Below are positions 8,876 to 18,157 of a stretch of DNA of 64,000 bases, piece after piece. Both the position numbers and the translations under genes were made by a program. Source of the DNA: Escherichia coli (GTDB lineage: Bacteria; Pseudomonadota; Gammaproteobacteria; Enterobacterales; Enterobacteriaceae); the NCBI RefSeq assembly GCF_048403405.1, contig NZ_CP183129.1. One strand, written 5' to 3'. Numbering within the stretch: the first letter of the stretch is position 1; every line of letters starts with the position of its first letter. Under the pieces are notes generated by a model that saw only the letters and a program-made list of their open reading frames with translations, did not search any database and had not been told where the DNA came from.

Positions 8876-8913
8876 CACAAAAACCGCTAATGGTCAGATT
8901 AGCGGTTATTTTG
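8876..8913. terminator. bidirectional intrinsic terminator between convergent U and invertase
   Basis: The stem AACCGCTAA/TTAGCGGTT (8882-8890 / 8899-8907) is flanked by an A-run on the left and TTATTTT on the right. Confidence 0.6.
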
Positions 8914-9493
8914 TTTCCTGACTCTTCTCTATTGTTCCGATTGATTCTCCTGCGGGGTGGTAACGATAAATCGTCGATATACCAATGCCGTAAATTATTG
9001 CCAGTTGTTTTCTGTCGTGCCCGTTTTTGATCAGCCTTGCTATTTGCTCATGCTGTTCTTTTGTCAGCTTCGGTCGACGTCCGCCTGTGCGCCCCCGTGC
9101 GCGTGCTGCCGCCAGTCCGGCCAGTGTACGTTCAACAATTAATTCACGTTCCATTTCAGCCAGGGCACCCATCACGTGGAAGAAAAAACGCCCCATTGGA
9201 GAAGATGTATCTATGCTGTCGGTCAGACTGCGAAAATTAATTCCTCGCTCCCGTAGTTCCCCGACGAGAGAAATCAGATGTTTCATGCTTCGCCCGAGGC
9301 GATCCAGTTTCCAGACAACCAGCGTGTCACCTTTTTGAAGGCGCTTTAAAGCGCGTTTTAATCCCGGTCGGTCTGTCTTTGTCCCGCTTAATTTATCTTC
9401 AAATATTTGTTCACATCCTGCACAAACAAGAGCGTTTCGTTGCAGGTCTGTATTCTGGTCATTTGTTGATACCCTTACATAGCCAATCAGCAC
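8906..9493 (-). CDS. serine DNA invertase (Gin/Pin/Cin/Hin family)
   Basis: Nearly colinear with Mu Gin as I remember it (LIGYVRVSTNDQNTDLQRNALVCAGCEQIFEDKLSGT.TDRPGLKRALKRLQKGDTLVVWKLDRLGRSMKHLISLVGELRERGINFRSLTDSIDTSSPMGRFFFHVMGALAEMERELI). The likely start is GTG 9493 rather than the ORF-track TTG 9511. Confidence 0.95.
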   Translation of the reverse strand: MLIGYVRVSTNDQNTDLQRNALVCAGCEQIFEDKLSGTKTDRPGLKRALKRLQKGDTLVVWKLDRLGRSMKHLISLVGELRERGINFRSLTDSIDTSSPMGRFFFHVMGALAEMERELIVERTLAGLAAARARGRTGGRRPKLTKEQHEQIARLIKNGHDRKQLAIIYGIGISTIYRYHPAGESIGTIEKSQETK

Positions 9494-9547
9494 GCTGAAT
9501 CTCCCGTCCAAAAGCGCAAATCATGCCATGCAGGCCGGAAACGGCCA

Positions 9548-9573
9548 TTATCTAAAACCTCGGTTTACAGGAA
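9548..9573. repeat. gix/cix-like crossover site (left)
   Basis: The reverse complement of TTATCTAAAACCTCGGTTTACAGGAA is TTCCTGTAAACCGAGGTTTTAGATAA, close to Mu gix. A 25-bp exact inverted repeat links 9557-9581 with 12612-12636. Confidence 0.85.
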
Positions 9574-10581
9574 ACGGTAAACAAGGCTGGTAACGCCGTC
9601 CAAAAGACAGGCGATATCTTGTCCGGTGGGCTTACTTTTGAAAACGACTCAATCCTTGCCTGGATTCGGAATACTGACTGGGCAAAGATTGGTTTTAAAA
9701 ATGATGCCGACAGCGATACTGATTCATACATGTGGTTTGAAACAGGCGACAACGGCAATGAATATTTCAAATGGAGAAGCAAACAAAGCACCACAACAAA
9801 AGACCTGATGAATCTTAAATGGGATGCTTTGTCTGTTCTTGTTAAAGCCCTTTTCAGCAGTGAAGTAAAAATATCGACAGTCAATGCACTGAGGATATTT
9901 AATTCATCTTTTGGTGCTATTTTTCGCCGTTCTGAAGAATGCCTGCATATCATCCCGACACGAGAGAATGAGGGAGAAAATGGTGATATAGGGCCACTAC
10001 GCCCCTTTACGCTTAATCTCAGAACTGGTCGGATAAGCATGGGGCATGGTCTTGATGTTACAGGGGATATATTTGCAAACCGTTTTGCAATTAACAGTAG
10101 TACCGGCATGTGGATTCATATGCGTGACCAGAATGTTATTTTGGGACGCAATGCGGTATCCACCGATGGTGCACAGGCATTACTTCGTCAGGACCATGCT
10201 GATCGCAAATTTATGATTGGTGGGCTGGGAAATAAGCAATTTGGCATCTACATGATTAATAACTCAAGGACAGCTAATGGCACCGATGGTCAGGCGTACA
10301 TGGATAATAACGGGAACTGGCTTTGCGGTTCGCAAGTTATTCCCGGCAACTATGGCAATTTTGATTCCAGATATGTGAAAGATGTTCGACTTGGTTCACA
10401 GCAATATTATGGAGTGAACAACTGGCAAACATGGAATTTCCAGTGCCCGTCAGGTCATGTATTGTCTGGTATTAATGTTCAGGATACAGGGTCCAACTCT
10501 GCCGATAATATAGCGGGCGTTTATTACAGACCCGTTCAAAAGTATATAAATGGCACCTGGTATAATATAGCGAGCGTTTAA
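9556..10581 (+). CDS. promoterless alternative tail-fibre C-terminal cassette (Sv'-like), expressed only after inversion
   Basis: The frame is open from the stop at 9553 and reads [15 protein letters not shown]... The LGLQETVN at the crossover is identical to H (..[14 protein letters not shown]..). Both cassettes end ...INGTWYN(A/I)(G/A)S(I/V). Confidence 0.8.
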   Translation, partial: NLGLQETVNKAGNAVQKTGDILSGGLTFENDSILAWIRNTDWAKIGFKNDADSDTDSYMWFETGDNGNEYFKWRSKQSTTTKDLMNLKWDALSVLVKALFSSEVKISTVNALRIFNSSFGAIFRRSEECLHIIPTRENEGENGDIGPLRPFTLNLRTGRISMGHGLDVTGDIFANRFAINSSTGMWIHMRDQNVILGRNAVSTDGAQALLRQDHADRKFMIGGLGNKQFGIYMINNSRTANGTDGQAYMDNNGNWLCGSQVIPGNYGNFDSRYVKDVRLGSQQYYGVNNWQTWNFQCPSGHVLSGINVQDTGSNSADNIAGVYYRPVQKYINGTWYNIASV

Positions 10582-10582
10582 T

Positions 10583-11110
10583 ATGATGCACTTAAAGAAC
10601 ATAAAAGCGGGTAATGCTAAAACACTGGAACAGTATGAGTTAACAAAGAAGCACGGAGTCATCTGGCTTTACTCTGAGGACGAAAAAAACTGGTATGAGG
10701 AAGTGAAAAACTTTCAGCCAGACACCATAAAGATTGTTTACGATGCAAATAATATTATTGTCGCCATCACTAAAGATGCCTCCACGCTTAACCCTGAAGG
10801 TTTTAGCGTCGTTGAGGTTCCAGATATTACAGCCAACCGCCGCGCTGATGATTCAGGAAAGTGGATGTTTAAGGATGGAGCTGTAGTTAAACGGATTTAT
10901 ACGGCAGACGAACAGCAACAACAGGCCGAATCACAAAAGGCCGCATTGCTTTCCGAAGCTGAATCAGTCATCCAGCCGCTGGAACGCGCTGTCAGGCTGA
11001 ATATGGCAACAGACGAGGAACGCACACGACTGGAAGCATGGGAACGCTACAGTGTTCTGGTCAGCCGTGTGGATACGGCAAATCCTGAATGGCCACAAAA
11101 GCCTGAATAA
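10583..11110 (+). CDS. alternative tail fibre assembly chaperone (G'/U'-like)
   Basis: [40 protein letters not shown]... is paralogous to the 11139-11672 product (Tfa family). Confidence 0.85.
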   Translation: MMHLKNIKAGNAKTLEQYELTKKHGVIWLYSEDEKNWYEEVKNFQPDTIKIVYDANNIIVAITKDASTLNPEGFSVVEVPDITANRRADDSGKWMFKDGAVVKRIYTADEQQQQAESQKAALLSEAESVIQPLERAVRLNMATDEERTRLEAWERYSVLVSRVDTANPEWPQKPE

Positions 11111-11115
11111 AAATT

Positions 11116-11135
11116 AAGGCCCGCTATCGGGCCTT
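11116..11135. terminator. hairpin between convergent G' and G
   Basis: AAGGCCCG-CTAT-CGGGCCTT perfect stem. Confidence 0.5.
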
Positions 11136-11138
11136 GTC

Positions 11139-11672
11139 TCATTCAGGTTGTTCGGGAAATGTTACTGGCAGGCTGGAGGTGTCTGTAGATTCGACTTTCT
11201 GCGCATAGAGCATCCACTCGGTTAATTTTGGTTTATTCTCGTCGGAAATGATGCCCAGCCGTAGCTGTGAGTCCCATAGCTGGGTTTTATCCCTGACAAG
11301 TTGCAACAGGCTTTGCTTTTCATTTTCCGCCTGCTGCCTCTGCTCTTCCTCGGTATAAGTTCGCTTTACCACTACGCCATCTTTGAACATCCATTTACCC
11401 GAAATGTCAGCACGGCGATTTGCTGTAATATCAGGTAATTCAACGACGCTTGCGCCTTCCGGATTAATTGCTGAAACATCCTTTTCAATACAAATAATAA
11501 CGCCGTTATGGTCATAGACCATTTTTAAAGTGTCTGGCTGGAAATTCTTTTGTTCCTCATACCAGTTTTTTCCATCCTCTGAATAAAGCCATTTGATGTT
11601 AAATTGTTTCGTTAGCTGGTATTGCTCTTTTGTTTTAGGGTTGCCAGCAGTAATGTTTTTTAAGTGCATCAT
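11139..11672 (-). CDS. G: tail fibre assembly chaperone
   Basis: ORF track 177 aa, [40 protein letters not shown], directly downstream of H. Confidence 0.9.
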   Translation of the reverse strand: MMHLKNITAGNPKTKEQYQLTKQFNIKWLYSEDGKNWYEEQKNFQPDTLKMVYDHNGVIICIEKDVSAINPEGASVVELPDITANRRADISGKWMFKDGVVVKRTYTEEEQRQQAENEKQSLLQLVRDKTQLWDSQLRLGIISDENKPKLTEWMLYAQKVESTDTSSLPVTFPEQPE

Positions 11673-11674
11673 CG

Positions 11675-13777
11675 TTAAATACTCCCCGCGTTATACCACG
11701 TCCCATTAATGCAATACTGAATTGGCCTTGCCTGAGTTGTATCAATTAATTCATCACGGTTTCCGTTAACTGAACCCGTAACGACATAACCTGACCTGTC
11801 AGACCAGCCGGGACCATTCCATGTCTGAACAGATGACAGACCGCCAAGGCGAATACCTGTAATAAACCTTGAGTTACATTCTGCCTGCGTGTATGCACCA
11901 ACATCTCCCGCTGAGGGTTTGCGGGTCGTGGTGTAAAACTCTGACCAGTCAGCTTCAAAGCCATAACCATCACGCGCTGAACGATAAAAAATGCCGCCGT
12001 TCCTGTAATTCACGCGGAACTGTACAGCAGGGCAACTCCCCGCATTCATATTGAAATGAAGAATTAACGTTGATGCGCCGGTGATTCTGGCGCAATAAAC
12101 TCCGCTGTTCCAGTTCCAGCCAACAGCTTTATCATTTCCGACAGTGCTTCCTGTTTGCCCTAAAGCAAATGCAGGTTGTTGATTTTTCGTGTTGTAGTCT
12201 CGTCGCCAGCCAGGAGCGTAAGCATCACCATGATTGATATAAGTGAATTGAGCGTTAGTAATTCCGCCACCGCTGGACGTGCTCGGCGTGGTAACGCGTA
12301 TGGTCATTGCGCCGCGAGTGCCAATAACTTCCACCACAGCACCTGCAAGACAAATATTTCCGCAACCTGTATCTGTAATGACCTTATTATTTGCATAAGC
12401 CCATGAGCCTTTGCACATCCAGTAAGGATGGTTAAATGCTCCCTGACTCTCCAGCCACGAAATAAATTGCGCGGTTGTCCAGACCTGACTATCGCCACCA
12501 ATATTCAGCCATGCGCTATATGCGCGGCAGGCACCAATATTTTTGGTGAAGGTATCTTTTCCTGGAATATCTGCGCCGTTCTGGTTTTTCTGTAATGCGC
12601 CAGAAGCCTGATTTACCGTTTCCTGTAAACCGAGGTATTCGATAACGGCAGCAACGGTCGATTTCGCAAGAATATCCCGCCCGACTTTTGTCAGGGTTGC
12701 CAGGCTGGCGACATCATTCCCCGTAAAATACGGAAACCTGTCTGCCGCAGTAGCAAGCCCGGCCAGCGCCGTCAGGGTGGCATCTTTCGGTTGCTTACCC
12801 GCAAGCGCTTTAGTCATGGTGGTCGCAAAATTCGGGTCGTTTCCCAGCGCCGCCGCTAACTCGTTCAACGTATTCAGTGCGTCAGGCGACGAGTCTACAA
12901 GTGCGGCAATCGCGGCCATCACATAAGCCGTGCTTGCGATCTGAGTATTATTAGTCCCTTTTGGCGCAGTTGGCGTTGTTGGCGTTCCGGTCAGTGCAGG
13001 ACTATTTAAGGGCGCTTTCTTGTTCGTTTCATCCATTACCGCCTTAACCGCTTTTGGCGTCGCAGCCAGCGTTTCAGATGTGCTGTTGGTGGCGCTACTG
13101 AGCTGAACTATCCCTTTTCGCGCAGTGGTAGCGTCCTGTGCGGTGTATTTGCCATTAGCCAGGTCATATGCCGCCTTAACAGCCTTTGGCGTTGCCGCAA
13201 GCGTTTCAGACGTGCTGTTAGTGGCGCTGCTAAGTTGAACAAAGCCTTTTGCGGTCAGCGAGGCGTCCGGGTGACGTCGTGAGTGTTCATGCTCTTTCAG
13301 TTTGTCATCCACGTAATCCACTGTGGCCATCACCATGGTGTTATCCACGGTAAGCGCCACGGTGGCAGTGCTGGATACGGTCAGAATGGTGCGAAATGTT
13401 TGTGCACGTCCTGACCCTTCGGCAACGGCTGGCTTGTAACTTTCGGCAGTATTGCCTACTGCGATTAAATCGCCGTGCTCATCAAACACACCAATTTCCC
13501 GGATCCAGAATCCGCCCGTTTCTGGAGGAATAACCAGCTCCGCAATAATGCGGTTCTGATGTGTTGCGTCCAGTATGACGCGATTAACAGTGTGTCGCCA
13601 CACCTCATGCACCAGACGGGTCTGCTTACTGTCTGGTGTGGGCAACGTGCCGCCACCGTCGCCCACGGCCATATGAGTCAGGCGGACAGGCTTACCATCT
13701 GGCGCGGCTGCCTGAGCTAATTTTTTTGCACCCGTATCGGTGATAACGGTTTTAAATTTTCGTGTTGTGGTACTCAT
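11675..13777 (-). CDS. H: tail fibre protein (constant N-part fused to the currently active variable C-part)
   Basis: ORF track 700 aa with P2 H-like N-terminus and phage fibre repeats. The crossover site lies inside the gene at 12620-12645. Confidence 0.9.
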   Translation of the reverse strand: MSTTTRKFKTVITDTGAKKLAQAAAPDGKPVRLTHMAVGDGGGTLPTPDSKQTRLVHEVWRHTVNRVILDATHQNRIIAELVIPPETGGFWIREIGVFDEHGDLIAVGNTAESYKPAVAEGSGRAQTFRTILTVSSTATVALTVDNTMVMATVDYVDDKLKEHEHSRRHPDASLTAKGFVQLSSATNSTSETLAATPKAVKAAYDLANGKYTAQDATTARKGIVQLSSATNSTSETLAATPKAVKAVMDETNKKAPLNSPALTGTPTTPTAPKGTNNTQIASTAYVMAAIAALVDSSPDALNTLNELAAALGNDPNFATTMTKALAGKQPKDATLTALAGLATAADRFPYFTGNDVASLATLTKVGRDILAKSTVAAVIEYLGLQETVNQASGALQKNQNGADIPGKDTFTKNIGACRAYSAWLNIGGDSQVWTTAQFISWLESQGAFNHPYWMCKGSWAYANNKVITDTGCGNICLAGAVVEVIGTRGAMTIRVTTPSTSSGGGITNAQFTYINHGDAYAPGWRRDYNTKNQQPAFALGQTGSTVGNDKAVGWNWNSGVYCARITGASTLILHFNMNAGSCPAVQFRVNYRNGGIFYRSARDGYGFEADWSEFYTTTRKPSAGDVGAYTQAECNSRFITGIRLGGLSSVQTWNGPGWSDRSGYVVTGSVNGNRDELIDTTQARPIQYCINGTWYNAGSI
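12620..12645. repeat. gix/cix-like crossover site (right, inside H)
   Basis: TTCCTGTAAACCGAGGTATTCGATAA, the inverted partner of 9548-9573. Confidence 0.85.
13041..13240 (-). repeat. tandem ~68-bp repeat pair inside H encoding (G)[24 protein letters not shown] twice
   Basis: 13041-13108 and 13173-13240 are near-identical by eye. This is the typical phage tail fibre repeat. Confidence 0.7.
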
Positions 13778-13779
13778 GC

Positions 13780-14310
13780 TTAATCGTCCGGATAAATGGT
13801 AATGACTTCACCGTCGTAAGTTGCTGCCGCCGCGAAAATATCTCCCGGGATCTCCTGAATGATATTCAGCCCTGTCATGTGGCGGCTGACCGGGCGGGCA
13901 TCAGCAATCAACCGCTCCATTTCCAGATACATTTCCTCCGTCACGCCACTGTCCAGCGTGCCGACTTCAACGGTAAATGTTCCCGGTTCTCCGCCGAACT
14001 CCCACCACTCAGACACGCGAATGAGGTATCCCAGCGGCTCAATGGCCCGGCGCAGTGCGCTGATGGTCCCTTTGTGTCGGTGTATCAGCCATGCATCACG
14101 AATCACCTGTCGCTTTGTCTCTTCCGGCCAGTTGCGATCCCAGCGGTCAACGGAAAATGCCCAGGCGAGATAAGGCAGCAAATGCACCGGGCAGGTGTCC
14201 GGTGACCACAGCGTGTTGAGGTCTACCGGGATGTCTGTAATGCGCGCTCCGACAGCTTCGGCGCAACGCATGAAACGGCTGGCTGATGGCGGTAACAGTG
14301 AATTACTCAT
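13780..14310 (-). CDS. I: baseplate protein gpI
   Basis: Trimmed to ATG 14310 (MSNSLLPPSASRFMRCAE...), giving 176 aa, the size I recall for P2 gpI (unverified). It overlaps the end of J by 8 nt. Confidence 0.88.
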   Translation of the reverse strand: MSNSLLPPSASRFMRCAEAVGARITDIPVDLNTLWSPDTCPVHLLPYLAWAFSVDRWDRNWPEETKRQVIRDAWLIHRHKGTISALRRAIEPLGYLIRVSEWWEFGGEPGTFTVEVGTLDSGVTEEMYLEMERLIADARPVSRHMTGLNIIQEIPGDIFAAAATYDGEVITIYPDD

Positions 14311-15199
14311 TGCGCCCACCTTCGCTGATGGTGAATGACTCACAGCGCGCCGCCTGTATGTCGCTGATGGCCAGATTCTGTGTGGGTTCGATTATCTCCA
14401 CGCGTTGCACACCGTGCACATGCAGTGCGGCAGCAATGGCGGACAACGCCACGTCCTGACCGATAAGCCCCTGCTCAGCCAGCCACTTCCTGAACGACGA
14501 TTCAGCCGCCGCCAGAATAGGTTCGGATTCCGGACCGGGGTAAAAGTACAGTTTTGCATTCAGCCGCCATGTCACGATTCTGGCGCTCTGTACGGTCAGG
14601 CGGTCGGCCACCGGGCGGGTATCCTCTGCATTCAGAACGGCGCGAACGGTATTAAGCAACGCCTCCGTTGCTGTGCCGTCGCCTTCAGTGGACAGGATGG
14701 AAACCGTCACATTTGCCGGAGACGGACTGATAGCCCGCGCATCACGCACCAGACCGCTGGCGCTGCGGGCAAAATACTCGTATGCACCTGACGGGCCAGC
14801 AACACTCAGGCCGTCGTACGCCCGCTGCGCCCGCAGTCTCAGCGAGGTGTCGCTCTCCATCACCGCGTCGGTGGTATCCGTTGCCGGAGTGATAACCAGG
14901 CGCTTTGTGTTCATATTGCCCGCGAGGTTGTCCAGGTCTGTCCCGGCGCTGTGGCTTAACATGCAGGCGCGTGCCCCCTCGTTAACCCGCTGGCGTAACA
15001 GCATTTCACGAAACGACATGGTTTGAGCGATAACGTTCAGGGGTTCCGATTCCAGCTCCAGCGCGGCGGAAACGGCTTCACGCTGTTCGGCGGGATAGGA
15101 CGCAATCATCATGGCTTTTGTGTCAGCCAGAATTGCTTCAAAGTCAGGCTCCGCGATGATGGCGGGTTCCGGTAACTGGGAAAGGTCAACGGCGGGCAT
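14303..15199 (-). CDS. J: baseplate protein gpJ
   Basis: ORF track 298 aa, in the position between W and I. Confidence 0.9.
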   Translation of the reverse strand: MPAVDLSQLPEPAIIAEPDFEAILADTKAMMIASYPAEQREAVSAALELESEPLNVIAQTMSFREMLLRQRVNEGARACMLSHSAGTDLDNLAGNMNTKRLVITPATDTTDAVMESDTSLRLRAQRAYDGLSVAGPSGAYEYFARSASGLVRDARAISPSPANVTVSILSTEGDGTATEALLNTVRAVLNAEDTRPVADRLTVQSARIVTWRLNAKLYFYPGPESEPILAAAESSFRKWLAEQGLIGQDVALSAIAAALHVHGVQRVEIIEPTQNLAISDIQAARCESFTISEGGRNE

Positions 15200-15202
15200 G
15201 AT

Positions 15203-15553
15203 TTACTCCCTCAGCGTGATGGTTAACTCAATATTCTGCATGGTCTGCATGACAGTGCCCGACAGCGTCACCCCGGCGCGGCCTCCCGCTTTCCAGACAA
15301 CGTCGATGGCATCCAGGGCAATGCGGGGTTCCCATCGTGTCAGCGCAATCACGGCAGCACTCATGCATTGCAGACGCGTGGTGTTATTCATGGGTTCGTC
15401 AATCAAATCAGGCACAAGGCTGCCATATTCCCGTCGCATAACCCGGCTGGCCAGCGGGGTGGTCAGGATGTCCCTGACTGACTGTTTCAGGTGCTCCATA
15501 TCGTTCAGGTTTCCCGTTCCGTCCGGGTTCATTCCTGTGTAGCGGGTTGTCAC
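15203..15553 (-). CDS. W: baseplate wedge protein gpW (gp25-like)
   Basis: ORF track 116 aa, GPW/gp25-like, following V. Confidence 0.9.
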   Translation of the reverse strand: MTTRYTGMNPDGTGNLNDMEHLKQSVRDILTTPLASRVMRREYGSLVPDLIDEPMNNTTRLQCMSAAVIALTRWEPRIALDAIDVVWKAGGRAGVTLSGTVMQTMQNIELTITLRE

Positions 15554-16131
15554 TGCGGGCCTCCTGTCGAATCGCTGCCACCTTTAACGCCACCGTGCTT
15601 ATGCGTATGCACTGTGATGCCGTTTGAGGTGAAGTTGCCGCCGCTGTGCGTGATATTGCCGCTCATCTTTCCCCCTTTTGTGACGTCAAGCGTCGCTGTT
15701 CTCAGAAGGTTTGTGCATTCCACGACGGGCGTATCCAGTGTCACGCTGACGGATGCCTGCAGGGTGGCTGTTTTCATGCCGCTGGCGCTCAGTGCGCCTG
15801 CGTCTGCGTCGTAGCGGAACACCGCGCCATCCGGCGCGCTGACCACGATTTCTTTCAGGCTTTTGCCGGGGGCCGGACTGGCATCACTCCACAGGCTGCC
15901 AATTATCATGGCGGTTTCCGGGTTGCCGCCAATGCAGGCAATTACCACCTGTTCGCCTGGTGATGGCGGCAGCCACACATTGAAGGCTCCCGCGCGCGTG
16001 GTGTTCCAGCGCAACCAGCCTGTTTCCAGTTCGCCGCTGCGAACGCGCACGCGCCAGGACTTCTCATCAACTTCAGAGATGATCCCGGTGCGGATGATAT
16101 TACTCAGCAGTCGCATGAGTTCTGCGCTCAC
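15550..16131 (-). CDS. V: baseplate spike/assembly protein gpV
   Basis: ORF track 193 aa, MSAELMRLLSNIIRTGIISEVDEKSWRVRVRSGELETGWLRW..., P2 V family. Confidence 0.9.
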   Translation of the reverse strand: MSAELMRLLSNIIRTGIISEVDEKSWRVRVRSGELETGWLRWNTTRAGAFNVWLPPSPGEQVVIACIGGNPETAMIIGSLWSDASPAPGKSLKEIVVSAPDGAVFRYDADAGALSASGMKTATLQASVSVTLDTPVVECTNLLRTATLDVTKGGKMSGNITHSGGNFTSNGITVHTHKHGGVKGGSDSTGGPQ

Positions 16132-16772
16132 CGTACAGCCTCCGCAATCCGGCCCAGCACCGTGTTATAAATCAGGCGCTCATCTGCCTGGCTGATACCC
16201 AGCAGCTCACGTACCGGGTAATCGGTGAAAATGCCCGGCGCAACCTGATCGCGCTCACCGAACTGATGAACGCGGGCAATACGTGCGGCCACGCCGCTGT
16301 AACCCACCGTCACACCGGAAGCATCTGCACGGGCTTTCAGGTAGCGGGCGGTGCGCAGTTTTACGAACATGGGGACGCGCTTTGTGCTGTCCTGGTTGAT
16401 GCGCCGGGTGCGTATTTCCAGAAAACGGTCGATGTCATCCCGGTAAAACGTGCGGATATTGTTTTTATCCTCATCCCACCCGGTAATGGTTCGCCCGTAT
16501 TTCCCCGTGTCGTGATGCCAGTTTTTCAGCGTGCGTGCTTCGTTATTCCAGATAAAGCGAATGCGTTCCTGTATCCGGGTTACGCGGCGTCTGCGTGGTG
16601 TCCACGCGGTCCCGTCCGGCGCTTTCTGTGACCGGATACGCGCCTGCTGGGCGCGGCGTAAATCCTGTGCCAGCTTTCTGGCGATGTTATTGATGGCCTG
16701 CTGATTCAGGCTGTCGCGGATGGCCTCAAAGGTTTCATCCACGCGTGTGAATGCCTTATCCATCGCTTTCAC
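16128..16772 (-). CDS. S: tail completion / virion morphogenesis protein gpS (longer than P2 S)
   Basis: Contains ..QQARIRSQKAPDGTAWTPRR.. and ..IARVHQFGERD.. like P2 S (QQQRIMAQKAPDGTPYAPRK, IASVHQFG), with an internal insertion. Confidence 0.85.
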   Translation of the reverse strand: MKAMDKAFTRVDETFEAIRDSLNQQAINNIARKLAQDLRRAQQARIRSQKAPDGTAWTPRRRRVTRIQERIRFIWNNEARTLKNWHHDTGKYGRTITGWDEDKNNIRTFYRDDIDRFLEIRTRRINQDSTKRVPMFVKLRTARYLKARADASGVTVGYSGVAARIARVHQFGERDQVAPGIFTDYPVRELLGISQADERLIYNTVLGRIAEAVR

Positions 16773-17223
16773 CCCACGTCACATCCTGGAATACATGCGA
16801 CCAGTCGCCTTCGGAAGATGGCAGGCGGGGTTTTGGCTCCGGCAGGTGTTCTGCCTGCGGTGTGCCCTGACTGCTGCGCGTGATGCGAACGCGTTCCCGC
16901 AGGGGGAGCGTAAACAGGAGATCGGCGCTGTCATCGTCATTGATAACGGCGGAGAATTTGATGTCCTGATTACGCTCCGGATTGAGCAACAACTGTGGCT
17001 GATTTTCGGATAACCACGCCAGCAGCGGCAGCGTGAGGTCGTCCAGCTCCCCGGCGTAATCCATGACAAACATCACCATCTGATAGCGGTAAACAAACGA
17101 GGGCGTTTCTCCGGTCGTTTCAATGTTGCCGCTCTCCACGAAAATGGTGAATTTTTCCGGGTTGGCCTGACACCATCGGCATGAACGGGTCATGGCTTCA
17201 CGCAGGGAATCAGTTTTCAGCAT
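16756..17223 (-). CDS. R: tail completion protein gpR
   Basis: ORF track 155 aa, position after the lysis genes. Confidence 0.85.
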   Translation of the reverse strand: MLKTDSLREAMTRSCRWCQANPEKFTIFVESGNIETTGETPSFVYRYQMVMFVMDYAGELDDLTLPLLAWLSENQPQLLLNPERNQDIKFSAVINDDDSADLLFTLPLRERVRITRSSQGTPQAEHLPEPKPRLPSSEGDWSHVFQDVTWGESDG

Positions 17224-17500
17224 GGTTGTTGTCCTCGTTGTTCAGTCGTTGCAGCCTGCGCTGTTCCAGTAATTCAATGGCCCGTTTATCCGCGTTACAG
17301 GTTTCCAGTGCATCCAGAAGGCGGTCGCCCCATATACCGAGATTTCCCCATGTGGGAGTATCAGGGAAGGGGGGAGGCGTTACCGGTATGGTCAGCGTCT
17401 GCGGTATAAGCCGGACTGACGGCGCTGGCAGTGGCGCGTTCTGCGTGCCTGCGCAGCCTGTCAGTAAAACGAGCGTCAGGCAAAGCGTGGGCGCATTCAT
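17210..17500 (-). CDS. lysC: o-spanin lipoprotein (LysC/Rz1-like)
   Basis: Trimmed to ATG 17500. MNAPTLCLTLVLLTGCAG is a lipobox signal. The gene overlaps the 3' end of lysB in another frame, as in P2 lysB/lysC. Confidence 0.75.
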   Translation of the reverse strand: MNAPTLCLTLVLLTGCAGTQNAPLPAPSVRLIPQTLTIPVTPPPFPDTPTWGNLGIWGDRLLDALETCNADKRAIELLEQRRLQRLNNEDNNHAEN

Positions 17501-17768
17501 CTTTTGCAATATCGTTGCGTAGCTGTTCACGTCTTGCCTCTCCGTCCTGATTGCGTTGCTGATTTTCCACGCGGAGTTGCGCCAGCACCTGCTGCATATC
17601 CTGTACCCCGGCGCTGATGATATTCAGGGTGTCGGCGGTACGTTTCAGGGTGCTGGCCTGCGCTTCGTTTCTGGCGTTCTCCCGGCCCAGCGACCATGAC
17701 AGACGCATGGATGTTCCCCATGCGGCAATCAGAAGGAAAGCGACACCCAGCGTGGGCCAGAGCTTCAT
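17361..17768 (-). CDS. lysB: i-spanin (LysB/Rz-like)
   Basis: Trimmed to ATG 17768, which overlaps the endolysin stop (ATGA). MKLWPTLGVAFLLIAAWG is an N-terminal TM, followed by a coiled-coil-like region. Confidence 0.75.
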   Translation of the reverse strand: MKLWPTLGVAFLLIAAWGTSMRLSWSLGRENARNEAQASTLKRTADTLNIISAGVQDMQQVLAQLRVENQQRNQDGEARREQLRNDIAKDECAHALPDARFTDRLRRHAERATASAVSPAYTADADHTGNASPLP

Positions 17769-18157
17769 GCGGGATAGGCTCCGTGTGGTAACTGAAAATG
17801 CGGTCCGTCTTTCAGGGTCTTCCAGTCGCCGCCCCATTCCACCGGAATATTCAGCTCCCGGCTGGCCTGTCTGAATGCTGCTGCGATTTTTTCGTACAGC
17901 GGCCATTCCCATGACACCTGGCTGCCGATATAAGCCACAACATCCACGGCATGTCCCGTAAGGTGGCGGCTGTTCATGGTCTGGCTCTTACCTGTGGCCA
18001 CAAGTTGCTTCTGGCGGTAACGGCTGCGCAACCCTTCGGTGATACCAAAATCCACTTCCGAAATTTCCAGTGCCCGTCGGGTCACTTTCACCAGATCAGG
18101 ATTTACACCCTGCAAATTCTTTTCGCTCCGGCTGCTGAATTTAAATGTGTTGCTCAT
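17765..18157 (-). CDS. endolysin, M15/VanY-type L-alanyl-D-glutamate peptidase
   Basis: ..SRHLTGHAVDVVAY...WGGDW...DGPHFQL is the zinc D,D/L,D-peptidase signature (T5-endolysin type), not the P2 K lysozyme. Confidence 0.8.
   Translation of the reverse strand: MSNTFKFSSRSEKNLQGVNPDLVKVTRRALEISEVDFGITEGLRSRYRQKQLVATGKSQTMNSRHLTGHAVDVVAYIGSQVSWEWPLYEKIAAAFRQASRELNIPVEWGGDWKTLKDGPHFQLPHGAYPA

Larger units (their letters stand above)
9548..12645. other. invertible tail-fibre segment (G-segment/C-segment analogue)
   Basis: Bounded by the two inverted crossover sites. It contains the active H variable part plus G on the minus strand, and the silent alternative variable part plus G' on the plus strand. 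Confidence 0.85.

Noticed and set aside
8871-8905. Search for gix-like or inverted-repeat sequences at the borders of the inverted FI-U block (also 3128-3284) that would implicate the invertase in that inversion
   Set aside because: I found no gix-like site or significant inverted repeat at either border. The invertase gene itself lies outside the block, so Gin-mediated inversion is not supported.
9552-10109. 185-aa minus-strand ORF next to the invertase
   Set aside because: It is antisense to the alternative tail-fibre cassette, whose plus-strand frame is supported by the shared LGLQETVN junction and the conserved C-terminal INGTWYN motif.
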